Assembly (NCBI GenBank): GCA_035289345.1
Contig: DATDXK010000105.1
Span: 1 to 35,854 of the forward strand
Direction: 5' to 3'
DNA: 35,854 bases
Origin: Candidatus Nanoarchaeia archaeon
Lineage (GTDB): Archaea > Nanobdellota > Nanobdellia > Woesearchaeales > GW2011-AR9
Below, in pieces: positions 1 through 8,740 of this stretch (position 1 is the stretch's first letter; the number at the start of each line of letters is the position of its first letter). Below the pieces are notes generated by a model. The model saw only the letters and a list, made by a program, of their open reading frames with translations. It ran no database searches and had not been told where the DNA came from. Position numbers and translations under genes: made by a program.

Positions 1-27
1 GAGACATTCTGATTAGTCCGTGATTTT
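1..27. repeat. IS left terminal inverted repeat
   Basis: Pairs with 1663-1689 in inverted orientation (20/27). Confidence 0.65.
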
Positions 28-159
28 GGGTGTTGTGTCTGCTTTTTGGGTGCCTTTGTTTCTCGTGGAACTTTTGTCAGAGAATTGTAAAGTGGTTATC
101 GTCGATAGTTTTATAATCTACCGACGATAATCACACCTCAGTTTTTGAGAAAAGAGGTG

Positions 160-1512
160 ATGTCGATGAAAAGCTTGGAAGTTAACAATATTTCCGTTGA
201 GTACAATACACGTCTATCAGGTTTTCTTGGTGAAACCAAGCAATATGTTGTATCTATTGATGGTAAAATCAAGACAATCCATGTTGCTTGCCCGAAGTGC
301 AAGCGAACTTGTTATGTTGATAATGGGTACCATTTGGTGGAAGATGGTTTAATTCGAGAGTGTGGTTTAACGATACGGATTGCTCAGTTCTGGTGCAAAA
401 AGTGTGACGCTTACTGGAGCACTGATCGCGCATTAATTGATAACGTGATCCAGAAGCAGAAAGGTTTTGTGAAGTCTTTACTGCTCGGGTGTGCCCGAGC
501 AGGGCTCTCTTTTGACAAGTCAACAAAACTCGTTGAGGAGACTGTCGGCACGTGCTACTCGTCTCAATACGTGTATGAACTTTATGTAAAAGCTCTTGAA
601 CAAATTAAGCAAGAAAAGTTTTCAAGCGCGTCAGGGGTGTACTATTACGACGAGCAGTATTTGAAAGTCAATGGGGAGGAAACGTGCCGTTTGGTGATTA
701 AAGATTGCGTAACGGGTAAAGTTATTGTTGACGTGCAAACTTCTGATGCGAAAAAAGAAACCATAAAAAAAGTGATGCAGATAGCATTAGAAGGATTGCC
801 GGTTGACGTGTTTATTGTCGATATGAAGCGACAATACCCCGAACTCATCCACGAGTTGTTCCAAAATGCAAAAATCCAATGGTGCATATTTCACCTCTAC
901 AAACTCATCTGGAAAGAACTACAAGACGAGTTCGGCAAAAACCCACCACTGTGTCAATTGTATAACGTGTACACGTTATTCAACACGTTTTTCGACCATT
1001 CACTCGAGCTTGCGAAGCTCGAAGAACTTCTCAAACGCTTTGAAACGCTCAAGACAGAAGACGCTAAAAGCAACAAAGAAATCGAACAAATGCTTCGAAA
1101 AGAGTTCTCAAAATTCGTCAAAGAACTCAAAAAACAAAGAAGACGCGAACACAAAAAAGTTCCAAGAAGAACACTAGAAGAATCCGAAAAAACATTCGCA
1201 ACAATCCTTCAACAAAACACACTTTACCCCAAAAAACTACAAAAACGAATAGAATACATCAAAGAAAACTGGAACAAGTTCACCTTGTTCCAACGCGACA
1301 CTCGCGTTGAACCAACAAACAACGGCGTCGAGCATTATTTCGCAACAACACTCGCCAAGACGGACAAGAAAGACTTCCGCAGCAAAGCAGCAGTCACAAG
1401 AGAACTGACTGCCGCTCAAGCAGAATGGAACGGCCAAAAGCTTTTCTCAACGACAAAATTGACCGAAGTGCTCAGCCTCGTGGGACTGCTCTTCCTCGCC
1501 TTCCCACCATAA
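160..1512 (+). CDS. DDE transposase with N-terminal Cys4 zinc finger; IS6-like catalytic core with a long Lys/Glu-rich insertion
   Basis: CPKCKRTC...CKKCDAYW zinc-finger pattern. YYYDEQYLKVNGEE resembles the IS6 DETYIKV.G motif (first D). FIVDMKRQYPELI supplies a second D, followed by QWCIFHLYK and TNNGVEHYF (NN.xE). GAGGTGA at 154-160 precedes ATGs at 160 and 166, and the track start at 145 is TTG. Family assignment is tentative. Confidence 0.75.
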   Translation: MSMKSLEVNNISVEYNTRLSGFLGETKQYVVSIDGKIKTIHVACPKCKRTCYVDNGYHLVEDGLIRECGLTIRIAQFWCKKCDAYWSTDRALIDNVIQKQKGFVKSLLLGCARAGLSFDKSTKLVEETVGTCYSSQYVYELYVKALEQIKQEKFSSASGVYYYDEQYLKVNGEETCRLVIKDCVTGKVIVDVQTSDAKKETIKKVMQIALEGLPVDVFIVDMKRQYPELIHELFQNAKIQWCIFHLYKLIWKELQDEFGKNPPLCQLYNVYTLFNTFFDHSLELAKLEELLKRFETLKTEDAKSNKEIEQMLRKEFSKFVKELKKQRRREHKKVPRRTLEESEKTFATILQQNTLYPKKLQKRIEYIKENWNKFTLFQRDTRVEPTNNGVEHYFATTLAKTDKKDFRSKAAVTRELTAAQAEWNGQKLFSTTKLTEVLSLVGLLFLAFPP

Positions 1513-1662
1513 ACACACAATTCTTGCAGCCTTGAAAAAGAAACAGCGAAAGCACTGCAAAACCGCCAAATTTTTGCACTTTTTCCTTCAAAAAGCCGGC
1601 CATTACTTCCATCGGAAACACCAACGGGCTTGTTTAAAAGCAAATCGAAAAACTCGCAGGCA

Positions 1663-1689
1663 AAAATCACGGACTCGGTTTAGTGTCTC
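1663..1689. repeat. IS right terminal inverted repeat
   Basis: Inverted copy of 1-27. It overlaps the last codons and the stop of the minus-strand gene 1680-2024. Confidence 0.65.
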
Positions 1690-2024
1690 CTTTCGCAGGC
1701 GCCATCATTACAGCCTGATGCGCATCTAAAATCTCGGACTAAAGTGGCCCGCAAATCTTTTCCACAAGCATACTGCTTGACTGTCTTCTGAAAACAAGAA
1801 TCATAATACCTGATGTTTCCGACTTGTACGTGACCTTTCAGATAGGGGTCATTGCCTGGCTCTGAATCCTGGCAGCCTAGAACTCTCTCTTCCTCGGGCG
1901 AGATGACTAAGGCTCCCTGCAAATCGCTTTGGTTTTTCATAACTAAAGAGATTACTGCTACGGCCAGAACTACTACTAAAATCATTAAATAAGAAGTTCG
2001 ATTACTTGAACGTTCTCTAGCCAT
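1680..2024 (-). CDS. Small N-terminally membrane-anchored Cys-containing protein; its C-terminal codons lie inside the IS right end
   Basis: ATG at 2024 and a TM segment YLMILVVVLAVAVISLV, followed by a Cys-containing ectodomain ending ...CASGCNDGACERRH. The last 2-3 codons and the TAA (1680-1682) are inside the IS inverted repeat. Confidence 0.5.
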   Translation of the reverse strand: MARERSSNRTSYLMILVVVLAVAVISLVMKNQSDLQGALVISPEEERVLGCQDSEPGNDPYLKGHVQVGNIRYYDSCFQKTVKQYACGKDLRATLVRDFRCASGCNDGACERRH

Positions 2025-2249
2025 AAATTATCACCTACTAATATTGGAAAGTAAAAAGCGTATTTAAAGATGCCTATTTCATGAGCTGTTAAGTTAAAGT
2101 CACCTGAATCGGTGAATTTTCTTTCAGATACAGACCAATTTATATACTTCATGTTCTTGTATTAAATTATGAAGATACGAGAAGTATTAGATAAAAAAGT
2201 AGGAGATACCGAATATACATGGGGAAAGAATTCTCTTTATGAGTAGAAA

Positions 2250-3995
2250 ATGAAACAAATATACTCTAAACAAACATTAGTATTCTTATATGCTCTTCAT
2301 GTAATTCCAGCAGTTTATTTTATTATCGATATTCCGTTTATCATCGCTGCTTGTGGTCTTGTAGAATGCTTATGGTGGCAACAATTACAAATACAACTCT
2401 TCCCGCTTCTTGCAGTAGTTATTCCTTTCATCGCTCTTTATCTCCAGCAAAAAGGAAAATTTTATGCAGGCTACCTCTTTGTATTAAATTTAGTGTACTA
2501 TGTGATGTCTTTATTTCAACAAGGTCTTTCAGTCTTTTACCATAATCTTGGTTTTCTATTTACCTTCTTTTCAATTGCTTTAATAAGCACACAAGGATAC
2601 CTGCTGTTCAAAACAACTACTGCTCTCTTAAATAAACAAGCTACCGCAAAGAAGTCAAAAAAAGTATCTTCATATAAAGATATTATTACGATAGCCGGAA
2701 TAATTGTGCTAGTTCTCATTCTCTTAAGATTATTTATATACACCCCTATACCTTCGTCTGAAAGTGATTGTGTTAAAATTACTGATCAAGAAGACGCAGA
2801 TTCTTGTTATATTAATTTAGCCGGTTCCACCAGTAACTCTGAATTATGTTCTAAAGTAACCCTTCAGTCTTCTATGGATGAGTGTTATAATACTGGAAAA
2901 GCAGAAGATTGTGCTAAGATTAAAGTAAATCGAGACGCCATGGTTGGATGTTTTTATAATGCTAAACTCTGGAAAACTGCTTCTTCTGATTATTGCGATA
3001 CTGCTATCAACCCTGGTCTCTGTAACTTTGGATTGGCTATTTGGAAAGGAGATTTGGGCATTTGTACGAAAGCTGATGAAAAGGAAGTTTGTGAAATTAT
3101 TGTAAAAAGTTCAAAAAATATATGTGGCACTTTTAATGAGAATTGTGAACCCGCTCCTCCTGAAGCAAAATTTTCATATGGTGTTCCTGCAAAAGAAACT
3201 GTTGATATTGATCCTGCTCAATGTGAAAAAATTATTTTTAGTCAATTTTATAGGGATCAATGCCTGACTGCTTCTGCTTATCATAGTAAAAACACCAACG
3301 TGTGCAGTTCTATATCTGATGAACGACAGAAATGGGTGTGTATCATTGGATCTACGGCTTCTCCAGAAAGTTGTAGTAGCATTTCTAAGAATAAAAAAAT
3401 AGCTACTGGCGATCATTATAGCTTGGTAAGAGATGAATGCTTTCTTTCGTTAGCGTTGCGGACGAAGGATATAAGCCTATGTAATCAAGATTCTGACGAC
3501 CATGAATCTGCTTGGTGTATTAATAATATCGTATCTCGTTACGGGGCAGATCCAGACAAATGTGCAGCAATTCCTGAAGGCTCTCTGATGCTAGGATTTA
3601 GTAACAAGCGTGCAGCTTGCTATAATGGACTGGCACACTTTAAAAATGATCCGAAATTATGTGCTCTTATCCCTGTTGATTATGTTAGAGCAGATTGTAT
3701 TGGTTCCATCGGAACTATTGAAGATTGTGACTCTATCCCAAAAGATGAAGGAAGTGAAGATAGTCAATATTATGTAAGAGATAGTTGTATCACTGCTATT
3801 ATTAATAGAGATCCTAATGTTGATTATTGTAACCACAGTGCTTCTACCGAAGGGTTCAACTCCTGTGTAGACCTTACTGCAAGAATCACCGGTGATAAAG
3901 AGATTTGTACTTTAATTGAGAATCAACAATTAAGAGAGGTGTGTATTGAGCAAGCAATCTTATCTGCTCAAAACTTAGCTGCTCTAAATCAATAA
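2250..3995 (+). CDS. Polytopic membrane protein with a large cysteine-pair tandem-repeat ectodomain
   Basis: The N-terminal ~170 aa carry several hydrophobic helices. The next ~400 aa contain 30 Cys in recurring units such as RDQCLTASAYHSKNTNVCSSI, RDECFLSLALRTKDISLCNQ, AACYNGLAHFKNDPKLCALI and RDSCITAIINRDPNVDYCNH. Confidence 0.7.
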   Translation: MKQIYSKQTLVFLYALHVIPAVYFIIDIPFIIAACGLVECLWWQQLQIQLFPLLAVVIPFIALYLQQKGKFYAGYLFVLNLVYYVMSLFQQGLSVFYHNLGFLFTFFSIALISTQGYLLFKTTTALLNKQATAKKSKKVSSYKDIITIAGIIVLVLILLRLFIYTPIPSSESDCVKITDQEDADSCYINLAGSTSNSELCSKVTLQSSMDECYNTGKAEDCAKIKVNRDAMVGCFYNAKLWKTASSDYCDTAINPGLCNFGLAIWKGDLGICTKADEKEVCEIIVKSSKNICGTFNENCEPAPPEAKFSYGVPAKETVDIDPAQCEKIIFSQFYRDQCLTASAYHSKNTNVCSSISDERQKWVCIIGSTASPESCSSISKNKKIATGDHYSLVRDECFLSLALRTKDISLCNQDSDDHESAWCINNIVSRYGADPDKCAAIPEGSLMLGFSNKRAACYNGLAHFKNDPKLCALIPVDYVRADCIGSIGTIEDCDSIPKDEGSEDSQYYVRDSCITAIINRDPNVDYCNHSASTEGFNSCVDLTARITGDKEICTLIENQQLREVCIEQAILSAQNLAALNQ

Positions 3996-4205
3996 AATTA
4001 GAAAGCCAAGACCCCAACTGACGTACTGGAGCTCCCTCACATTAACTTCTCTCCTTCGGCTCGTCGGAACGTTGCACTTCTCGCTTCGCTCGACCTCACT
4101 TAACCGGAATTTAACGAGAAATTCCTGTTAGTAGGTGTCGCTAACTTTACAGCTCACTATTTCATAGTCAGTGACATAAGTAAAGCATTGCTCCAATAAG
4201 AATTG

Positions 4206-5357
4206 TCAATTGATTAGTTTCCCATTTTCATAAACCGTCATTTGCCGCTTCCTTAACTCGGCAAAGAACGGAGCCGGCGGCACGATGGCTTCCGGGGCAA
4301 AGCAGCCAGTTTTAGTAATTATTTTATTTTTAATCATTTGGGCCATGATGCTGGCGGGCATTCCTGTATCTACATTGCTGCCAGCGTCTTCCCAGCCGGT
4401 TAAGGTTTTAACTAGGCATTGCATCTTGATGGTTTTGTTTTTGCCGCCCTTCTTTCCGGTAACGCTTACCCACAAGTTTTCCATTTCCTTATACCCCTGC
4501 GGCGGCTTTAAATCCTTTAATACTTCCGTCAAAACGTCAACTGGCCGCACCAGAGCTCCATTAACTTTAACTGGCTCTTTGCTTCCCAGGCCCAAATCCA
4601 TCAGCAGCTTGATTGTGTTAAAGGAATGAGGAGGGAATTCAGCATAAAAGCGGACATTTTTCAAGCCTTTATGTTTAAAATAGCGGTGGAAGGTGTAAGG
4701 CTCGGCATGTTGGACATACAAGGCTTGTTGCTCTCCCACGAATTCATCATTCCATTCCTTAATGTTTTCTAAAGCAACTTCCCTGATCAGCTTGCCATTT
4801 TTAACATTCATCGCAGGAAAAGTAAACTCCTCAATAATGCTAAGGATCGAATAAGGCACCACAAATTTCTTAATGTTGGAATTCCAGGCAAAGCCGCATT
4901 CTACGTTTTGCAGCGTGTCAAATTTATCCGCAGCATGAGCCAGCATAACATTTCCCACACCCGGCACAGAGCCGCAGCCAGTGATATGAATCGCGCTGTT
5001 CTTTTTGTAAGCCTCATTGAAAGCTAATTGCTTCCTGGTAAGCCAGATCTCCGAGCCAAGGTCAATACAATTGAGGCCCAATTTTCCGCAGATCTCGGCC
5101 ACTTCGACATTCCAGTCACCTTCGGCACAGTTTACCAAAACATCGGAGTTAGCATTCTTAATAATCTGTTTGGCTGTTGGCAAATCATTAAGGTCTAAAT
5201 ACTGAAATCGCGCTTTTTTAAATTGGGCTAATATCTTTTCAACTCTTTTTTGGTCCCTTCCGCATAATAAGACGCTATAGCCATGAAGCAACAGGTCCTT
5301 GGAAACAATCCGCCCTTGTGTTCCAGTTCCGCCTAGAACGATAAAGTCATAGTTCAT
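4206..5357 (-). CDS. Saccharopine dehydrogenase-like NAD(P)-binding oxidoreductase
   Basis: N-terminal Rossmann motif FIVLGGTGTQGRIV and the mid-protein motif GCGSVPGVGNVM are typical of the Sacchrp_dh family. ATG at 5357. Confidence 0.65.
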   Translation of the reverse strand: MNYDFIVLGGTGTQGRIVSKDLLLHGYSVLLCGRDQKRVEKILAQFKKARFQYLDLNDLPTAKQIIKNANSDVLVNCAEGDWNVEVAEICGKLGLNCIDLGSEIWLTRKQLAFNEAYKKNSAIHITGCGSVPGVGNVMLAHAADKFDTLQNVECGFAWNSNIKKFVVPYSILSIIEEFTFPAMNVKNGKLIREVALENIKEWNDEFVGEQQALYVQHAEPYTFHRYFKHKGLKNVRFYAEFPPHSFNTIKLLMDLGLGSKEPVKVNGALVRPVDVLTEVLKDLKPPQGYKEMENLWVSVTGKKGGKNKTIKMQCLVKTLTGWEDAGSNVDTGMPASIMAQMIKNKIITKTGCFAPEAIVPPAPFFAELRKRQMTVYENGKLIN

Positions 5358-5399
5358 GCCAGGTTATCACCATAGCTAAAAAGGAAGGCAGTAATGTTT

Positions 5400-6518
5400 T
5401 TAAAGATTATCTTTTACGTACTTCTCAACCAGCTTTTCGGAAGTCTTGATCCGCAATTGATGCTCGGCCAAGAAAGCAGTTATTTTCTTGATAAGAATAT
5501 TCTTTAATTCTCCGCTTAATAACTTACCGGACCGATAATCCTTCTCAATTTTGGCCAGTTTACGGTCATCCGGCTCTAAGCCATATTTTAGCATCTGAAA
5601 AGCTACATCAATTTCTGGATTGCCACCTTTCTTCCGATGCTCTTCAATGGTGGTCTGGCCACCAGAAAAAGCATATTTCTTAATCTTCATCGCAGCTTCT
5701 TGCGGAGAATCAGTCAGGGCAATATAAGATGTAGGGTCAGAAGAAGACATCTTTCCTCCCTTTAATCCTGGCATGAACTTGTGCGTCGTTGAACTTTGGG
5801 GTATAAGATTAAATTCTTTAATTCTTTTAGCGGCATCCCGGGCCAGCCTCATATGTGGATCTTGATCGGCGCCGGTAGGAACAATAATCGGCAAGGGCCG
5901 ACCTTCAAATTCAGCTAATTGCGGGTGCAGCATGTCTGCAGCCTGCAATAAGGCTGAAGCCATTTTTCCTGGCGATATTTCCCCATATACGGCCTTGAAT
6001 TCATTGAAGGTTACATGCCTGGCCAGCATGTTGGCTAGACTATAATACGCGCTGGCCTTTTTTCCATCCGTGGAACGTTTAGATTGAAAATAAAAATCAC
6101 ATTTTTTCAAATTCAGGCCTAAAGCAACATAATTAACCAGATATTCCTTGACGGCCGTTTCCCTTAATTCTGCCAGGTTAGGGTTTCGCGAATTGTAGGC
6201 TTCAATATCGGCAACCGTCAAATAAATTTTAGCCCCTAGATTTTGGTAAAATATGATCTGATCAGCCACCATTTTATGTCCGAAATGAAATTTGCCGGAG
6301 GGCATCAGACCGGTCATCATCACCCAGGGCTTTTTATGCTCAATGGCCTCGATAATTTGGCCAAAATCGCGATGGGCAAAAATGATCTTTCGCCTAAACA
6401 AAACGTTCCCAGTAAACAGTTTTGGCAAATTTTCTAAGGGCTTTAACCCAAACTCCTTAATCAATTTATCATAATCGATAGTTCCCTTAACTTCCCAGGG
6501 GGTTACTGTCTGTGGCAT
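5400..6518 (-). CDS. trpS: Tryptophanyl-tRNA synthetase, archaeal/eukaryotic type
   Basis: TVTPWEVKGTIDYDKLIKEFG N-terminus, HIGH-like HFGH, GADQDPHMRLARD and KMSSS (KMSKS-class) motifs. The 372-aa length fits archaeal TrpRS. Confidence 0.85.
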   Translation of the reverse strand: MPQTVTPWEVKGTIDYDKLIKEFGLKPLENLPKLFTGNVLFRRKIIFAHRDFGQIIEAIEHKKPWVMMTGLMPSGKFHFGHKMVADQIIFYQNLGAKIYLTVADIEAYNSRNPNLAELRETAVKEYLVNYVALGLNLKKCDFYFQSKRSTDGKKASAYYSLANMLARHVTFNEFKAVYGEISPGKMASALLQAADMLHPQLAEFEGRPLPIIVPTGADQDPHMRLARDAAKRIKEFNLIPQSSTTHKFMPGLKGGKMSSSDPTSYIALTDSPQEAAMKIKKYAFSGGQTTIEEHRKKGGNPEIDVAFQMLKYGLEPDDRKLAKIEKDYRSGKLLSGELKNILIKKITAFLAEHQLRIKTSEKLVEKYVKDNL

Positions 6519-6536
6519 AATAAGAAGATAATTCTG

Positions 6537-7295
6537 TTAGTTTTTAATTCTTTTTGCTTTATCAGTACTCCTACCTAGATTCTCCTTCATTTTCTTATAA
6601 ACATGTTCCATCACTAATTTCAAATTTTCCACGTCTTCCCGGTTATATTCGATTAACAGGTCTAAATATTCCTTATCTCCGGAAGCATGGAAAGAACGCC
6701 ATAAGTCCACAGGATTGCCGTATAAATTGGTCGGCCGCTTTAAGTTTAAGGTCTTCTCGATTTCCTTTAACCCGCCGACTAACCCCAAGTTAACGCACAA
6801 CGGCTTAAGGTCAATATGCACCAGCTTTAATTTAATTCCCATTCTTCTTAATTTAGGCAAATCAAATGACGAGCCGTTAAAAGTTATAATGGCCCGGTAT
6901 TTAGACAGCTCTTTCTCAATCAGATGGCGTTCCAGATTGAATCCCTTAACAAAAAAGTTAGTATGGTAGTAATCAGATATCCCCAGCAGAATAACCGTGC
7001 CATTAGCATCAATCTCCAAGTCTAAATACCCGCAGCCTTCTTTGACTTCTGGATATAGCCTCCACATCTCTTTCTGTGGCAATTTGTCAACAAAATAAAG
7101 GTAATCTTCCTGGCCCAAGGCTTGCAGAGCCTGCCTTATTCTTCGGTCATAGTATGCTTTCCTGAGAGGCGAAATTCCGCTAATTTTGTCAGCATTTAAA
7201 AAATCATCCCAGCTATTAATCCCTTGCTGCCGTATATTTAGTTCCGACTTGCGCCCTATTTTGTCTAAAAAGATAAATGATTGTTGAATTACCAT
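6537..7295 (-). CDS. RNase H-fold (YprB / COG3359-like) predicted 3'-5' exonuclease
   Basis: FLDKIGRKSE...QGINSWDDF helix-hairpin-like N-terminus. Acidic motifs YLDLE, FNGSSFDLP, HIDL and YNREDV match a DEDD-type RNase H-like exonuclease. Confidence 0.55.
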   Translation of the reverse strand: MVIQQSFIFLDKIGRKSELNIRQQGINSWDDFLNADKISGISPLRKAYYDRRIRQALQALGQEDYLYFVDKLPQKEMWRLYPEVKEGCGYLDLEIDANGTVILLGISDYYHTNFFVKGFNLERHLIEKELSKYRAIITFNGSSFDLPKLRRMGIKLKLVHIDLKPLCVNLGLVGGLKEIEKTLNLKRPTNLYGNPVDLWRSFHASGDKEYLDLLIEYNREDVENLKLVMEHVYKKMKENLGRSTDKAKRIKN

Positions 7296-7388
7296 CGGCA
7301 GGATCTAAATTAAGTTTGGCTCCATATATTAAATGGCATAACATATACTAAAGGGCATAAATAACTAAACTTACCTATTAGGCCTTAC

Positions 7389-8471
7389 TTATAAGTCAAT
7401 AACAATCGTTTTTGTCTTAAGGTTGACTGCTTTAATCCTTTTTTCCTGCCGCAGCTCTGAAGCAATTTCTGTCCAAGTTTTGGTTTTCTTCAAAACTGCC
7501 ACAATTTCAATCAATTTTTGGAGGGAAGCATAGCGCTCATATAACAATTCCCCTTTCTTTTTATTTATGACGATCTTTTCTTTCAGAACATTGATCGCTT
7601 CCTGCTGTTCAGCCGCTATCCGCTGCAGATTGGCTATTTTTTTGTCGAAAGGCGAAGTTTGCTGAAAGGGTTTCAGCAGGTTAACAGCCTCATTGTAAGT
7701 TTCAGTTATTTTAAGAGGCTTTAGCCCAATTAATGGAAAAGGGATTATTTGTTCATCATAAACATATCCTCTGGGCTGTTTTATTTGCTGCTGCACTTCT
7801 TTCAATTCACTATAAAGCATTTTGATCTGTTTAGAATCTAAAACCAGGGCAGTTTTGTTTTTATCAACGTTAGCCCTAATACAAATCTCTTCTGCATACG
7901 CCCCGCCCAGATTAATTTCTGTTGCCAAGGTAGTGGCAATATTCTTTTTATCACTTTTTTTTAGTATTTTTTCAAAATCTGGTAAGGAAATAATTTTCCA
8001 ATTAATTCCGGGAGAAGGGAAAGTATAGGAGTGTTTAGCCTTTACGCTCCGGTCTTTCCAGAGTTGTTGTTCCAATACGCCAATGGCCATCCATTGAGCA
8101 TCAGCTAATATAACATTTCCTTTGGAGAATAATTCAATAATCAAGTAGTATGTTTCCGGCTTCTCCAGCTGAAAAACAACAATTCTTTCCGCATCCTGCT
8201 GGTAAATATCCTTAATGAAGGCCTGGTCTAAATATTTCCTCAATTGCTGGCAAAAGCCGGAAGGCCTGGCTGGCGGATACTTGTCGGCAGTCAAGCAGAG
8301 CAATTTGCCAGGAACTATTTTCAGCAGCTGTTTTCCGTGGCCTGGAGCGTGAAGCTGCAATAACAGCTCCTGGTCTTGATGGTAAATCTGTGAAAGCTTG
8401 CCTTTTTTAAGGAATTGCAGTTCGTTAATGATGGCTGCAAGTTCTATGGAAGCTAAGGAGTTTTTTTTCAT
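7389..8471 (-). CDS. NFACT-N domain protein (RqcH/Rqc2/FbpA family), short form lacking a recognisable NFACT-R domain
   Basis: N-terminus SLASIELAAIINELQFLKKGKLSQIYHQDQELLLQLH is typical of NFACT-N. A coiled-coil follows and the protein ends at 360 aa. Confidence 0.6.
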   Translation of the reverse strand: MKKNSLASIELAAIINELQFLKKGKLSQIYHQDQELLLQLHAPGHGKQLLKIVPGKLLCLTADKYPPARPSGFCQQLRKYLDQAFIKDIYQQDAERIVVFQLEKPETYYLIIELFSKGNVILADAQWMAIGVLEQQLWKDRSVKAKHSYTFPSPGINWKIISLPDFEKILKKSDKKNIATTLATEINLGGAYAEEICIRANVDKNKTALVLDSKQIKMLYSELKEVQQQIKQPRGYVYDEQIIPFPLIGLKPLKITETYNEAVNLLKPFQQTSPFDKKIANLQRIAAEQQEAINVLKEKIVINKKKGELLYERYASLQKLIEIVAVLKKTKTWTEIASELRQEKRIKAVNLKTKTIVIDL

Positions 8472-8528
8472 GGTCTTACTTATTTTCTTGCCTAATTTTA
8501 ATTGTTTCGTAAATCTAAGAATTAAAAA

Positions 8529-8682
8529 AGCACCCGGAGGGATAGTCGAAGCTTCGCTTCTTGTTCAGTTTTTGCGAAAACTTACTCGAACCCTCGAATG
8601 ATCGCTCTCTCCTTATCATCGCTTTTTAAGCTCATCTTAGCGGAACTGCAGGCGATTGCTTTAGCCGCTTAGCCACGGGTGC
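8529..8682 (-). tRNA. tRNA-Cys(GCA) with two putative introns (39 nt after position 37; 42 nt in the T-loop)
   Basis: Minus strand: acceptor GCACCCG/CGGGTGC, D arm GCTA-AGCGGCTA-AAGC, anticodon stem ATCGC/GCGAT with loop CTGCAG[39 nt]A. T arm GAGGG-TTCGA[42 nt]AT-CCCTC, discriminator U (a Cys identity element). Length is 73 nt once the inserts are removed. Hand-folded only. Confidence 0.7.
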
Positions 8683-8708
8683 AATAATTTTCCTTTCAGA
8701 GAAGCTCA

Positions 8709-8716
8709 TTTATATA
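8709..8716 (-). promoter_or_regulatory. TATA box for tRNA-Cys
   Basis: TATATAAA on the minus strand, 27-34 nt upstream of the tRNA 5' end at 8682. Confidence 0.45.
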
Positions 8717-8740
8717 CCTTTTGCACTAAGAAATATAAAG

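Larger units (their letters stand above)
1..1689 (+). mobile_element. Insertion sequence: one DDE transposase gene bounded by imperfect ~27-bp terminal inverted repeats
   Basis: 1-27 GAGACATTCTGATTAGTCCGTGATTTT versus the reverse complement of 1663-1689 GAGACACTAAACCGAGTCCGTGATTTT gives 20/27 identities, with the outer GAGACA and inner AGTCCGTGATTTT blocks perfect. The repeats enclose the transposase ORF. The left end coincides with the window edge, so target-site duplication cannot be assessed. Confidence 0.7.

Noticed and set aside
866-1437. Nested ORFs inside the transposase gene (866-1177 plus strand; 954-1154 and 1237-1437 minus strand)
   Set aside because: They are alternative-frame artefacts of the Lys/Glu-rich, A-rich segment of the transposase and have no independent signals.
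1555-1585. IS-internal TGCAAAACCGCCAAATTTTTGCA shares AAACCGCC and AAATTTTTGCA with the palindromic region at 25401-25439, hinting that the palindrome is an IS-derived MITE
   Set aside because: The shared blocks are short, occur in a different order, and do not correspond to the IS terminal repeats (GAGACA...). The evidence is insufficient without a genome-wide copy comparison.
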